A stretch of DNA of 64,000 nt. Origin: Patescibacteria group bacterium (lineage in GTDB: Bacteria > Patescibacteriota > Patescibacteriia > 2-01-FULL-39-33). The notes under the pieces were generated by a model, which ran no database searches, was not told the origin of the DNA, and was given only the letters and a program-made list of their open reading frames with translations. Of this stretch, positions 1-9,242 are shown piece by piece; the stretch's first letter is position 1; every line of letters starts with the position of its first letter. The stretch is taken from the NCBI GenBank assembly GCA_041671305.1, contig JBAZBX010000001.1:40821-104820 (forward strand). Direction: 5' to 3'. The position numbers and the translations under genes were made by a program.

Positions 1-589
1 ACAACTAGACAATTTTATTGGCATGCTTTTTTCTAATTTTGCCACTTGGTCAATAATCGTTGTGGCTGCTACCGTGCTTCATGGCAATGGAATCTTCAAT
101 GTTAATTCGGCCGCAGATGCCGCCAGAGCCCTGGAACCTCTCGTCCAAACTTTTCCATATGCCGGATTTCTGGCTAAATTAATTTTTGCCACTGGCATTA
201 TCGGCCTAGGATTACTTGCGGTGCCAGTACTTTCCGGATCAGCCGCTTATGCTTTCTCGGAAGCCTTTGGCATGAAAGAAGGGCTAAATCTTAAATTAAA
301 AAAAGCTCATGGCTTCTATGGAGTCATTACCATTGCCACGCTTATTGGCTTGGCCATCAACTTCATAGGTATTGACCCGATTAAGGCATTGGTATTTACG
401 GCTGTGTTCAATGGTGTCGTCGCCGTACCTTTGATATTTCTCATTGCCCGCATTGCCGGAAACAAAAAAATTATGGGCAAATACAAAAGTGGTAAGCTTT
501 CTAGCACCCTCATCTGGATCACTTTTGGAATTATGGGCGCCTCGGCCATTGGCATGTTCTATACTTTATTTAGCGGATTAATCAAATAA
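1..589 (+). CDS. NRAMP-family divalent metal transporter, C-terminal part (starts before the window)
   Basis: Hydrophobic multi-TM ORF with GIIGLGLLAVPVLSGSAAYA and PIKALVFTAVFNGVVA motifs. Confidence 0.8.
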   Translation, partial: QLDNFIGMLFSNFATWSIIVVAATVLHGNGIFNVNSAADAARALEPLVQTFPYAGFLAKLIFATGIIGLGLLAVPVLSGSAAYAFSEAFGMKEGLNLKLKKAHGFYGVITIATLIGLAINFIGIDPIKALVFTAVFNGVVAVPLIFLIARIAGNKKIMGKYKSGKLSSTLIWITFGIMGASAIGMFYTLFSGLIK

Positions 590-593
590 ATTT

Positions 594-722
594 ATGTCCA
601 TCAAATGGAATCAAGTGACTTGGTATTCTAAGTTGTTAGCTGTCATCGTATATGTCGCCACTCTAGGCATTGGCATATATCTTGGAATGCAACTTGAAAT
701 TATTCTATCAGCAATGAAATAA
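594..722 (+). CDS. Small single-TM protein, 42 aa (MSIKWNQVTWYSKLLAVIVY...)
   Basis: Translated by hand: ATG 594, TAA 720-722; directly follows the transporter and precedes a terminator. Confidence 0.6.
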   Translation: MSIKWNQVTWYSKLLAVIVYVATLGIGIYLGMQLEIILSAMK

Positions 723-733
723 CTTTCATAATT

Positions 734-762
734 AAAAAACGTCCCAAATTGGGACGTTTTTT
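734..762. terminator. Bidirectional intrinsic terminator
   Basis: AAAAAACGTCCCAA-A-TTGGGACGTTTTTT between convergent genes. Confidence 0.85.
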
Positions 763-777
763 ATTATCATTCAGTCG

Positions 778-2031
778 TTAAGACACTGCACTCTCCCCTG
801 CCACATACCCGGTACTCCAACAAATTTGCAAATTAAATCCTCCAGTCGGACCATCAAGATCCAAAATTTCTCCGGCCAGATATAAATTATCAATCAACTT
901 TGATTTCATAGTTTTGGGATCAATTTCTATTAATTTAACCCCGCCGGAAGTAACCATGGCCTTCTCAAAACCGCCTAAGCCGGATATTTCCAAATCAAAT
1001 TCTTTGAGCAAATGGACTAATTTTTTACGTTCTTCTTTGGTTACCAAATTGACTTGCTTCTCCGGATTAATTCCGAATAACTTCAAAATTACCATCGCTA
1101 ATTTTGGTTGCAATAACTTTTCCAAAAAATTTCTAAATAATTTATTATTATCATTTTGAAAATCAGCCTGAATTTTACGATCTAATTTATCAAAATCCAA
1201 TTGAGGATAAAAGTCTACTCTTAATTTCAAATTTTCTGATAAATTCTTCCCAACGATTCTGCTCATATTTAGAATCAATGGCCCGCTCATGCCATCTGAA
1301 GTGAAAATCGCCTCGCCGATTTGCGACTCTATCTTTTTATTATTTTTATATATAAAGATACTGACATCTTTCAGACTCACACCCTCCAATTCCTTCACAA
1401 ATTTATCTTTGAGCGCAATTGGCGTAAGTGCCGGCAAAGGCTCAACAATTTCATGACCCAATTTTTTGAGCCACTTATAGCCATCACCGCTGGAACCAGT
1501 CAAAGGATACGACTTACCGCCCGTACAAATTATATATTTATCTGCAATTATTTCTTCACCATTTGCCAAAATTAATTTTTCAATTTTCTTGCTCTTCTTG
1601 ATAATTTCTTTTATTTCTGAATTAACTTTCACCTCAACGCCAGAATCTTTTAAGTATCCAATCAGCACACCAAGCACATCCTGAGCTTTGTCACTCACGG
1701 GCAGAACACGATTACCTGGCTCTATTTTTGTTTCCATTCCCCTATTTTCAAAAAATTCCATGATTTCCTCCACACCAAATTTATTGAATGAAGAAAAAAG
1801 AAATTTACCATTGACACCATATTTTTCTACTAATTTTCTGATGTCATCAGTTTTGTTGGTAATATTGCATCTACCGTGTCCAGTCATGAGCAATTTAATT
1901 CCTAAGCTCTTATTTTTTTCAAGTAGAATCACACGAGCTCCCAACTCGCCTGCACGACCACTGGCCATCATTCCAGCCGGACCGCCTCCGATTACGGCTA
2001 TGTCATAGTTTTTGTTGCTTTTTGTGGCCAT
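778..2031 (-). CDS. HI0933/YhiN-family NAD(P)/FAD-dependent oxidoreductase
   Basis: GGGPAG FAD motif, GHGRCNITN, TGGKSYP, GEILDLDGPTGGFNLQ. Confidence 0.9.
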   Translation of the reverse strand: MATKSNKNYDIAVIGGGPAGMMASGRAGELGARVILLEKNKSLGIKLLMTGHGRCNITNKTDDIRKLVEKYGVNGKFLFSSFNKFGVEEIMEFFENRGMETKIEPGNRVLPVSDKAQDVLGVLIGYLKDSGVEVKVNSEIKEIIKKSKKIEKLILANGEEIIADKYIICTGGKSYPLTGSSGDGYKWLKKLGHEIVEPLPALTPIALKDKFVKELEGVSLKDVSIFIYKNNKKIESQIGEAIFTSDGMSGPLILNMSRIVGKNLSENLKLRVDFYPQLDFDKLDRKIQADFQNDNNKLFRNFLEKLLQPKLAMVILKLFGINPEKQVNLVTKEERKKLVHLLKEFDLEISGLGGFEKAMVTSGGVKLIEIDPKTMKSKLIDNLYLAGEILDLDGPTGGFNLQICWSTGYVAGESAVS

Positions 2032-2192
2032 TTTGATTATAATTAGGGCAAGAAATTTGTAATTTAATTAAAATTAGTAATGTGTATAATATACATTATT
2101 AATGATGATAATACAAAATAATTTGCATAAAAACAACCTAGATAAAACTCGATTCCGCTCAGAATAACTTATATGCAAAAAATTAAAATAAT

Positions 2193-3674
2193 ATGAATAA
2201 TAATTATAAATACTGGCAAACAATTACATATAGCGGCACCCATCACCCCATTCTTTTTATTGATACAGTGTTTCGTGGTTACCAAAATGGAATCATTGGT
2301 AAATTTTTTAATATACGATTCAATCCATCTCACTACCGACAGTTCAATGGAGCGCGTTGGTGGTTATCAGAAGAGGTAGATAAATATATATGTACTTTAA
2401 AAAATAAAAAAGAAAAATCACCAGGTACCTTACTGAAAAAAGCAAACGAATATTACCAGCTCAATAAAAATTTTCTAGCATGGGCAGAGAAAAATAGAAA
2501 AATAAATTTTAAAGGACTGACTAATCAAAAAATACTTCATGCATTTAGACAATGCGTTGATCAGTTAGCTACCATCAATGCTCTTGTATATACTGCCGTC
2601 TTTCTTGATAAATTTTATACCGATGATATTATTGAAATAGTCAACACAAAAACAACAGACCCAATAGCTCAACGTCACATTTTAACAGTAATCTTTTCAG
2701 TTCCATGGGGACTTGAATCGCACCTTGAAAAAGTCTCATTACTTCGCTTAGTTCAAAAAAAGCGGGATAAAATAAGCGAAGAAAAATTAAAACGACTCAT
2801 TAATTCATACCGTTTAAGATTCGGTTCCGTCTTTATGATGCCATTCCAATCAAACCCGTTGTCCATCACCACAGTTTTGCAAAAAGTTAATATGCTAGCT
2901 CGCAACGAAAAAAAATATAATCTCTTAAAATCAGAAATAAAAGAATTACAAGACACGGGAAAAAAATTTAGTAAAATATGCAAATCATTGAAGCTATCAA
3001 CTGAAGAAAAAAGGGAAATAGATACTTTGCGTCGTTGGACTTTTGTTGCCAATAATGATGATCCTTATGTTATGAAATCATTAAATCTCTTACAGCCGTT
3101 ATGGGATGAACTTGCCAGAAGACTTAATCTCACCTTTGAACAATTAATTGAACTACAAATACATGAAGTAGAAAAATTCATAGTGACTGGTGTTTCTGCA
3201 GAATTACGACAAGAATTAAAGTTAAGAAAAAACGCGGCGTTAGTGTGGGATCATTTAGGGACTCATCTATTTACTGGTCAAAAACTTAAAAGTTATATAA
3301 ACAAACAAGGGGCAACGAAAAAAATAAAACAAATAAACGCCGTGAAAGGATTGTCGGCATCGCCTGGAAAAGCCCGCGGGAGAGTCTTTATTCTACATTC
3401 TATTTATGATATTCCCAAAATAAAAAAAGGTGCTATTTTACTTGCGCCATATACATATCCCGCCATTGTTGCGGCTATGCGAAAAGCGAGTGCGATTGTC
3501 ACGGATCAAGGAGGATTACTATCCCACGCAGCAATAATATCGCGTGAAATGAAAAAGCCCTGTATTGTAGGGACCAATGTGGCGACACGGATTTTCCAAG
3601 ATGGGGATTTGGTAGAGGTTGATGCAGATAACGGGATAATAAAATTATTAAAAAAACGAGATAAAGAGCCTTGA
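2193..3674 (+). CDS. Protein with C-terminal PEP-utilising phosphohistidine swivelling domain
   Basis: ASPGKARG and AIVTDQGGLLSHAAIISREMKKPCIVG motifs; N-terminal part unassigned. Confidence 0.8.
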   Translation: MNNNYKYWQTITYSGTHHPILFIDTVFRGYQNGIIGKFFNIRFNPSHYRQFNGARWWLSEEVDKYICTLKNKKEKSPGTLLKKANEYYQLNKNFLAWAEKNRKINFKGLTNQKILHAFRQCVDQLATINALVYTAVFLDKFYTDDIIEIVNTKTTDPIAQRHILTVIFSVPWGLESHLEKVSLLRLVQKKRDKISEEKLKRLINSYRLRFGSVFMMPFQSNPLSITTVLQKVNMLARNEKKYNLLKSEIKELQDTGKKFSKICKSLKLSTEEKREIDTLRRWTFVANNDDPYVMKSLNLLQPLWDELARRLNLTFEQLIELQIHEVEKFIVTGVSAELRQELKLRKNAALVWDHLGTHLFTGQKLKSYINKQGATKKIKQINAVKGLSASPGKARGRVFILHSIYDIPKIKKGAILLAPYTYPAIVAAMRKASAIVTDQGGLLSHAAIISREMKKPCIVGTNVATRIFQDGDLVEVDADNGIIKLLKKRDKEP

Positions 3675-3714
3675 TTTAGAAATGTTAATTAAAGTATTTA
3701 TTTAATTTAAACAT

Positions 3715-4395
3715 ATGAATAACATTTTTTTAATTTTCGGGTATGGGATACCCAAAAATATTTCAAAAGACGAGAATTATAATCTTTATTTAAAAACAAT
3801 TTTCAATAAAATTTACGATCTTAATACCAAAGACAAGCCAAAGAAATCTTTGATTATTTGCTGTGGCGGAAAAACTGATATGATACAGCCTTACGCGAGA
3901 AATGAGGCTGATGAAATAATTAAATTTTTCACAGAATTGATAAAACAAAGGCCGTTTTTGGCTCCGATAACCAAGAATTGGCTTTTTATTCCAGAGAAAA
4001 AATCTCTGTCCACCTTGGAAAACTTTATCAATAGTAGACAAATTATTGAAAAACAAAATATTAAAAAAGCCAATATTATAATTTTCTGCGAACAAACACG
4101 GGAGAAACGCATAAAAATTTTAGCCAAAAAAATATTTAATAAAAATTATAATTCTCAAGTTGTGCCGATTGATTTTGATGTTTCTTCAAACAGATACTTA
4201 TCACCGAATTTCCTTGCCAAAAAAGAGAAGGCTGAACTTGAACATTCTTTGTGGGCGCTAAAAAGTCCAGAAAATCTGAAAAGACATCACGAGGTGTTCG
4301 CGGAGAAGATTAAATACTTACGGAAAGCAGGATCAAAAATGCATGTTGAGGCTGTCCGAGATTGGTGGGAAGAAAAACTTAAGGAATTAAAATAA
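3715..4395 (+). CDS. YdcF/DUF218-like protein
   Basis: IFGYG, IICCGG, NEA and EKKSLSTLEN pattern. Confidence 0.55.
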   Translation: MNNIFLIFGYGIPKNISKDENYNLYLKTIFNKIYDLNTKDKPKKSLIICCGGKTDMIQPYARNEADEIIKFFTELIKQRPFLAPITKNWLFIPEKKSLSTLENFINSRQIIEKQNIKKANIIIFCEQTREKRIKILAKKIFNKNYNSQVVPIDFDVSSNRYLSPNFLAKKEKAELEHSLWALKSPENLKRHHEVFAEKIKYLRKAGSKMHVEAVRDWWEEKLKELK

Positions 4396-4410
4396 ATAAT
4401 AAAAATAATT

Positions 4411-4737
4411 ATGGCTTGTCTCATAGCACCAGCAACCGTGGCAGTAATTACTACGGTCGTCAGAAAAAAAATTCCCGCGAAGTACCACATTGAATGGCTC
4501 AATACCATGCTTTGGGGCGGAGTGATCATGCTGATAATTGATCATGTCATCAGCGGTGAAATTGTATTCTATCCCCCATTTCTGACAGCTATGCGAAGTC
4601 CTGCTGATACTATTGTCATGCTCAAAGAGATAGCTACTACGGGCGTAGCCATGACCATCGCGATTTTTCTATCCTGGACAGTGATGATCTTGATTGCAAA
4701 TAGAACTGAAAAGCTAAAACTAAAAAAATCAATTTAA
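4411..4737 (+). CDS. Small membrane protein, hypothetical
   Basis: 108-aa hydrophobic ORF in operon context. Confidence 0.7.
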   Translation: MACLIAPATVAVITTVVRKKIPAKYHIEWLNTMLWGGVIMLIIDHVISGEIVFYPPFLTAMRSPADTIVMLKEIATTGVAMTIAIFLSWTVMILIANRTEKLKLKKSI

Positions 4738-4750
4738 AATAAAAAAATAA

Positions 4751-4776
4751 AAACGACCTCTTGTAGGCGGGTCGTT
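4751..4776. terminator. Hairpin terminator between convergent genes
   Basis: AACGACC...GGTCGTT stem next to an A-tract. Confidence 0.6.
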
Positions 4777-4845
4777 GTAGCCTTTGGCAAAACTTTACAG
4801 AAAAAAGTACTCTATGTTTTTTTACTTCTGCACTGCTCGTCTTTT

Positions 4846-5079
4846 TCATAAGTTATCCTCCCTTATCTCCTGTTCGGCCAATTCTTTCGTCGGAAAGACT
4901 TTGGCCTGGTTAATGCTCTCCGTCCACTTCCTTCTTTCGGACGGATCAGCGTACACGGTACGCCACTGGGCATCAAACAATCCTCCCCTTTGAATCACCC
5001 ATTCACCGCGGACTCGTTCCACATGAACAGGTTTCAAAGATGCGCCCATCGTTTTGGGCCTAGTCAACAACTCAATCAT
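4846..5079 (-). CDS. Orphan hypothetical protein, about 77 aa
   Basis: SD AAGGAG 8 nt before ATG 5079; promoter TTGACA-17-TATGAT at 5195-5167. Confidence 0.6.
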   Translation of the reverse strand: MIELLTRPKTMGASLKPVHVERVRGEWVIQRGGLFDAQWRTVYADPSERRKWTESINQAKVFPTKELAEQEIREDNL

Positions 5080-5270
5080 GATCTTCTCTCCTTCCATTTC
5101 TCCTTGTTGTTGCGCTCTCCCTCGGGTTTGAGCACCTAAATAAACAACGAATTTCACTCGGCCTATATCATAACACATCGCTAAATATCTGTCAATACCA
5201 TTTTTGACCAAATTAGCCAAAAACAACAAAACTCCCAAAAGGGAGCTTTTATTAATTATTTTAATCAAAA

Positions 5271-6725
5271 TTAAACTTTATTCAGATCCAAATATTCGTC
5301 AATTCTAATCTGTTTGACAAAATCAGGCATGTGACTGACCAGAATCATCGCGCCCTCAAAATCATTAATTGCCTTAGCAATAACCGGAATATGCCGGAAA
5401 TTAATATGATTAGTCGGCTCATCCAGCACCAATAATCCCGGCCGCATCAGAACCAATCTGGCAAAGGACAAGAGTCCCTTTTGCCCCTCAGACAAACTCC
5501 CCACAGTATGATCCATTAACTCTCCGGTAATAAGTAATCCTGCCGCCGTAGATCTCATTTCCTGCTCCGTAATATCATCATCCAGGATAGCGCTCTTGAG
5601 AGAATTAAAAACAGTCTCATCAAAATTGAGCTGAGAGAAATCCTGACTATAATATCCAATTCTGACGCCTTCAGTAATAGTAGCGCCTTCAGCCTTGCCA
5701 GCCACAAGAAAACGCAAAAACGTGCTTTTGCCAATACCGTTGGGACCGGTTACTAGCAGATGCGTCTTCTTGCGAAGCACCACGTCCACATCTTTGAGCA
5801 ATGGCAAATGATTATAAAAAGACAAAACTGATTTGATCGTCACAACCTCGGTCTTAATATTTTGTTCAGGAATGGTAAAATTTCTAATGGTTTTGTCTTC
5901 TCGTCTGACATCCACAATATTGTCTTCTTGCTCTTCAATTTCATCTCTGAGTTTCTTGGCTAATTTTCTCATCTTACCACCTTTATTGGCAAAAAAATTA
6001 ACTTTTTCTTTGCGATCTCTGATTAATTTTTCCGCGCGGGCATTTTCCATCTGTTCTCTCTCAATCCTTTTGGAAATTTCTTCCACCACTGAGTAATAAT
6101 CGCCCACATAAGCCTCAATCTTGTGAGTAAAGACGTCTAAGTATATGACTCCTTCCGTAAAACAATTAAGAAAATCAGCGTCATGGGAAATTACTATAAC
6201 CGTCTTCTCGTACATCACCAGAAAAGTAATCAAGTGATCAATGCCGTCAGAATCAAGATTATTGGTCGGCTCATCAAGCAACAAAATATCCGGATCCTGA
6301 ATCAAAGCATAAGCCAAAAGTAACCTGGCCTGCTGTCCACCGCTCATATCCCCCACTTTCCTCTCCAAAGGCATATTCAAATTAACCGCTTCCAAAACCT
6401 TGCTAATCCTGCTTTTGAGATTGCCCGGAACCATAGTAAACGCCTTGGCAAAATATTTTTCCACGGTCAACTCCAAATCATCTCTATCCATAGTCTGTCT
6501 AGCCGTACCAATGGTGGCGTCGTTGGTGATAGAAATTCTCCCCTTTTGCGGTTTAATTTTTCCCTGGATGAGATTAAAAATCGTGCTTTTACCGGCACCA
6601 TTTTGGCCCATCAAAGTAATTTTCGCGCCCTTGCGCACACTGAAACTAGCCTCTTCCAAAAGAGGTTTTTTGTATGCGTATTCAAATGAAACTTCATCAA
6701 AACGAAGTATTACTTCTTCGGCCAT
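5271..6725 (-). CDS. ABC-F family ATPase
   Basis: Two ABC domains (GQNGAGKS, GPNGIGKS, LDEPTN twice), no TM segments. Confidence 0.9.
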   Translation of the reverse strand: MAEEVILRFDEVSFEYAYKKPLLEEASFSVRKGAKITLMGQNGAGKSTIFNLIQGKIKPQKGRISITNDATIGTARQTMDRDDLELTVEKYFAKAFTMVPGNLKSRISKVLEAVNLNMPLERKVGDMSGGQQARLLLAYALIQDPDILLLDEPTNNLDSDGIDHLITFLVMYEKTVIVISHDADFLNCFTEGVIYLDVFTHKIEAYVGDYYSVVEEISKRIEREQMENARAEKLIRDRKEKVNFFANKGGKMRKLAKKLRDEIEEQEDNIVDVRREDKTIRNFTIPEQNIKTEVVTIKSVLSFYNHLPLLKDVDVVLRKKTHLLVTGPNGIGKSTFLRFLVAGKAEGATITEGVRIGYYSQDFSQLNFDETVFNSLKSAILDDDITEQEMRSTAAGLLITGELMDHTVGSLSEGQKGLLSFARLVLMRPGLLVLDEPTNHINFRHIPVIAKAINDFEGAMILVSHMPDFVKQIRIDEYLDLNKV

Positions 6726-6866
6726 AATTTATATTATAAAAACCCAAGGATCTTCTTAGGTTTGTCTCTGCATTACTGCAGTATAATAGCATATTTTATA
6801 TAATCTTGCAACCACAAATCCCTGAAGCCCTAGAATACGCTTAAAATTTAATTTCAAAAATAGCGT

Positions 6867-7318
6867 AAAAAAAAGAGGGCCCGACGCGATGATCTTGGAG
6901 GGTGATCGCGTCGGGCGGGAGTTGGGACTCCGAGGGGGTTAGGTACACGACAAATTGACAATAGCGAGGGGGTGCTGGAAGAGGGTGTTCCTCTCGCCAT
7001 TACACAACTCGTCGTGCAAAAAAACTTTTTTGGAGGAAGGTGGACCGAAAAACAGCAATCACTCCCTTTTCATGCTAGTCGTCACATCACGCGCATTGTA
7101 CACAAAAAATGACTAGCATGTCACCGAATCGGTGATGTGGCGGGTGTTGTACACCACAGGATGATTCAACTAAATTCCGTCCACCTTCCTCACTACATAT
7201 ATGGCCGCCCTTATCATCAATCAACCGTTCCAACCGTTCGTGTTTCACAGACATAAGGGTCGAGCCAAGCCTCTTGGGATGAGGCATTTGGGGCTAAAGA
7301 AAGAACGACTCTAAAACA
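6867..7318 (-). ncRNA. Candidate structured ncRNA, about 450 nt (strand uncertain)
   Basis: Several long nested stems, minus-strand promoter at 7352-7324, hairpin plus T-tract at 6916-6867, no convincing ORF. Confidence 0.5.
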
Positions 7319-7323
7319 ATTAC

Positions 7324-7352
7324 ATTATATTAAAATTAGATATAAAAGTCAA
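7324..7352 (-). promoter_or_regulatory. Sigma70-type promoter
   Basis: TTGACT-17 nt-TATAAT on the minus strand. Confidence 0.75.
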
Positions 7353-7531
7353 GATTTATACAACAAAATCTTTTTATTTCATTTTAAAAGCTAATTTAGA
7401 AGGTTAATTAGGCCAGCTATATCAAATTAACGATTAGTGTGCTAAGATTAAACTCTAATTAAGAACCTACGGGGAAATGGTCGTGACCACGTATTAAGTC
7501 CAGAAATGGATACTACTAGATACCAAATACC

Positions 7532-7618
7532 ATGACAGAAGATACAACAGAAGAAACAACAGAGGAAACTCCTGAAGTTGCTACAGAAGAAAAAACAACA
7601 GAGGAAGCCGCTTCATAG
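7532..7618 (+). CDS. Possible 28-aa acidic peptide MTEDTTEETTEETPEVATEEKTTEEAAS
   Basis: Translated by hand; followed by the hairpin at 7635-7680. Confidence 0.4.
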   Translation: MTEDTTEETTEETPEVATEEKTTEEAAS

Positions 7619-7634
7619 ACAATGAAAACGAAGC

Positions 7635-7680
7635 AAAAAAAGAAAAAATCCCCACTAAACTAGTGAGGCTTTTTTCTTTT
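7635..7680. terminator. Probable bidirectional terminator just outside the integration site
   Basis: A-tract, CACTA-AAC-TAGTG stem, T-tract. Confidence 0.55.
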
Positions 7681-7691
7681 GGGTAGAGAAC

Positions 7692-7780
7692 TGGCTGAGT
7701 GAAACAAAATTTTCAAATTTTTGAGTGAGCCAAATTTGGGCTGGACTTCGGCGCTAAGCGCCGGAAATTCCGAATGGCTG
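7692..7780 (+). pseudogene. 3'-end remnant of an earlier related serine recombinase, between two TGGCTG cores
   Basis: 7715-7780 translates KFLSEPNLGWTSALSAGNSEWL, colinear with KFEFKPKNGWDSVLKNEKRNWL of the 9575 recombinase. Confidence 0.65.
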
Positions 7781-7892
7781 GGTGTTTATGAACAAATCCG
7801 AACCGAATTTAAACAAAAATCATGATCGGGCGGGCGGAATCCCCCCCAAACCCCTCCTTCCGCCCGACCTAAACATCTGGACGGCTGAGGCG
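7775..7892. repeat. Left arm; exact inverted repeat of 9326-9443 (118 bp)
   Basis: Compared by eye base for base. Confidence 0.95.
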
Positions 7893-7904
7893 AAATAGCA
7901 ATTT

Positions 7905-8951
7905 TCAATTTTTCTTTGGCGGCGAATTTTTTTCTCCTTCTTTAACTATTTCCCTTACTTCATTGTAACTTATCTGCCTTGGCCATAATAGATTGCCGTG
8001 AGCATCATAAATTGGCAGAAGAAAATCAACCCGGTCTCCATAAATCTTTCTCATTAATGTAGCTATTTCATTTGCTTTATTTTGTTTGCTTTCATCATCA
8101 TCAACTTCTTTATACCTATGTATTTTTCTTAAAACTTCTTGTGGGACATATGGTTGTTTTTTATATAAATTATCCATTTCCTCCTCTGTCTGTTCTGCCA
8201 TGGCTCTTATTACAATACCCTTAAACCGGTCTGGAGCAATTCGAAAAGACAAAGCGTAGCCCTCAGAATAGTCAGGAATCCTTCTGTCTCCTTCTTCAAA
8301 ATATTCTTCTCTTTCTGATCCTGGTCTAGCATGGGCTCCGAAAGTATTACTTTTATACTGTAATTTTTCTCTTTTGCCAAGGTCATAATCCAATGCATAA
8401 TTGGCAATTTCAGTATTTTCCTTAAAATCTGCTGTATCAAAAATTATTCCCAAGGAGGTTTGGCTTGTTCCAATGGGTCTAAACCAATGGGCGTCTTCGA
8501 TTTTTCTTAAATCCCGACCAACAATATTGAAAAAAACAACGGCCCCCATTTTTTTTCTAACAGCGCTAACCCAATCTTGTTCAGGACTGTTAGGATTCAA
8601 TTTTCCTAATAAACCCTTTCGAAGTATACCGCCTAATTTAATGGTGGAATTATCATCTTCAAGTATTCTAACAGAATGAAATCCTGTCCCCGGTTTATTT
8701 ATATCTTGTATTTTTTCCATTATTCTCTCAACCACTTCAGGTAGTAGTTCGGGAGGAATAGGGATGTCGGAATTATCAATATTTTGATCTGCATTTTCCA
8801 CGTCCAAAATATCGCTTTCGACTTGATAATCATCAGGAGAAAAATCCTCACCCTTCTCAGGATATTTTTCTTTCAATTTTTCTTGTAGCCTTTGGGCTTC
8901 TTTTAGAGCGTCATCGTTGTTTAATCGACCGCTTTCAAATCTTTTTTCCAT
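7905..8951 (-). CDS. Cargo protein of unknown function, 348 aa
   Basis: Long ORF immediately downstream of the XRE gene. Confidence 0.8.
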   Translation of the reverse strand: MEKRFESGRLNNDDALKEAQRLQEKLKEKYPEKGEDFSPDDYQVESDILDVENADQNIDNSDIPIPPELLPEVVERIMEKIQDINKPGTGFHSVRILEDDNSTIKLGGILRKGLLGKLNPNSPEQDWVSAVRKKMGAVVFFNIVGRDLRKIEDAHWFRPIGTSQTSLGIIFDTADFKENTEIANYALDYDLGKREKLQYKSNTFGAHARPGSEREEYFEEGDRRIPDYSEGYALSFRIAPDRFKGIVIRAMAEQTEEEMDNLYKKQPYVPQEVLRKIHRYKEVDDDESKQNKANEIATLMRKIYGDRVDFLLPIYDAHGNLLWPRQISYNEVREIVKEGEKNSPPKKN

Positions 8952-8955
8952 AAAT

Positions 8956-9162
8956 TTATTTCAATAACTCCCACGCCTCCACTCCTAAAGCGTGAGCTAG
9001 TCTATTTAAATTTTCTAATGTGGGATTAACTTGACCACTCTCGACTCGACATATATAGGCGCGATCTATTTTACTAGAACGAAAAACATCGCCTTGCGTA
9101 AGACTTTTTTCCTCTCTTATTCTCTTGAAATTATACGCTAATTTTTTACTTAATTTATGCAT
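8956..9162 (-). CDS. XRE/Cro-family helix-turn-helix regulator
   Basis: IREEKSLTQ...RAYICRVESGQVNPTLENLNRLAHALGV. Confidence 0.9.
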   Translation of the reverse strand: MHKLSKKLAYNFKRIREEKSLTQGDVFRSSKIDRAYICRVESGQVNPTLENLNRLAHALGVEAWELLK

Positions 9163-9179
9163 AGTTATCCACAGTCATT

Positions 9180-9226
9180 TTAACAATTATTGTATATCTT
9201 AACAATATTGTAGTATACTACAATAT
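9180..9226. promoter_or_regulatory. Divergent promoter region with a perfect 22-bp palindrome (candidate XRE operator)
   Basis: ATATTGTAGTA|TACTACAATAT at 9205-9226; TTAACAAT(T)ATTGTA twice. Confidence 0.6.
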
Positions 9227-9242
9227 GTAAGTGAAATTTTGC

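Noticed and set aside
6867-7318. RNase P, tmRNA or the 66-aa ORF 7087-7287
   Set aside because: No GAGGAAAGTCC or tRNA-like ends found; the ORF lacks an SD and recognisable features
9165-9173. DnaA box TTATCCACA as a replication origin
   Set aside because: Single box with no cluster and no dnaA nearby
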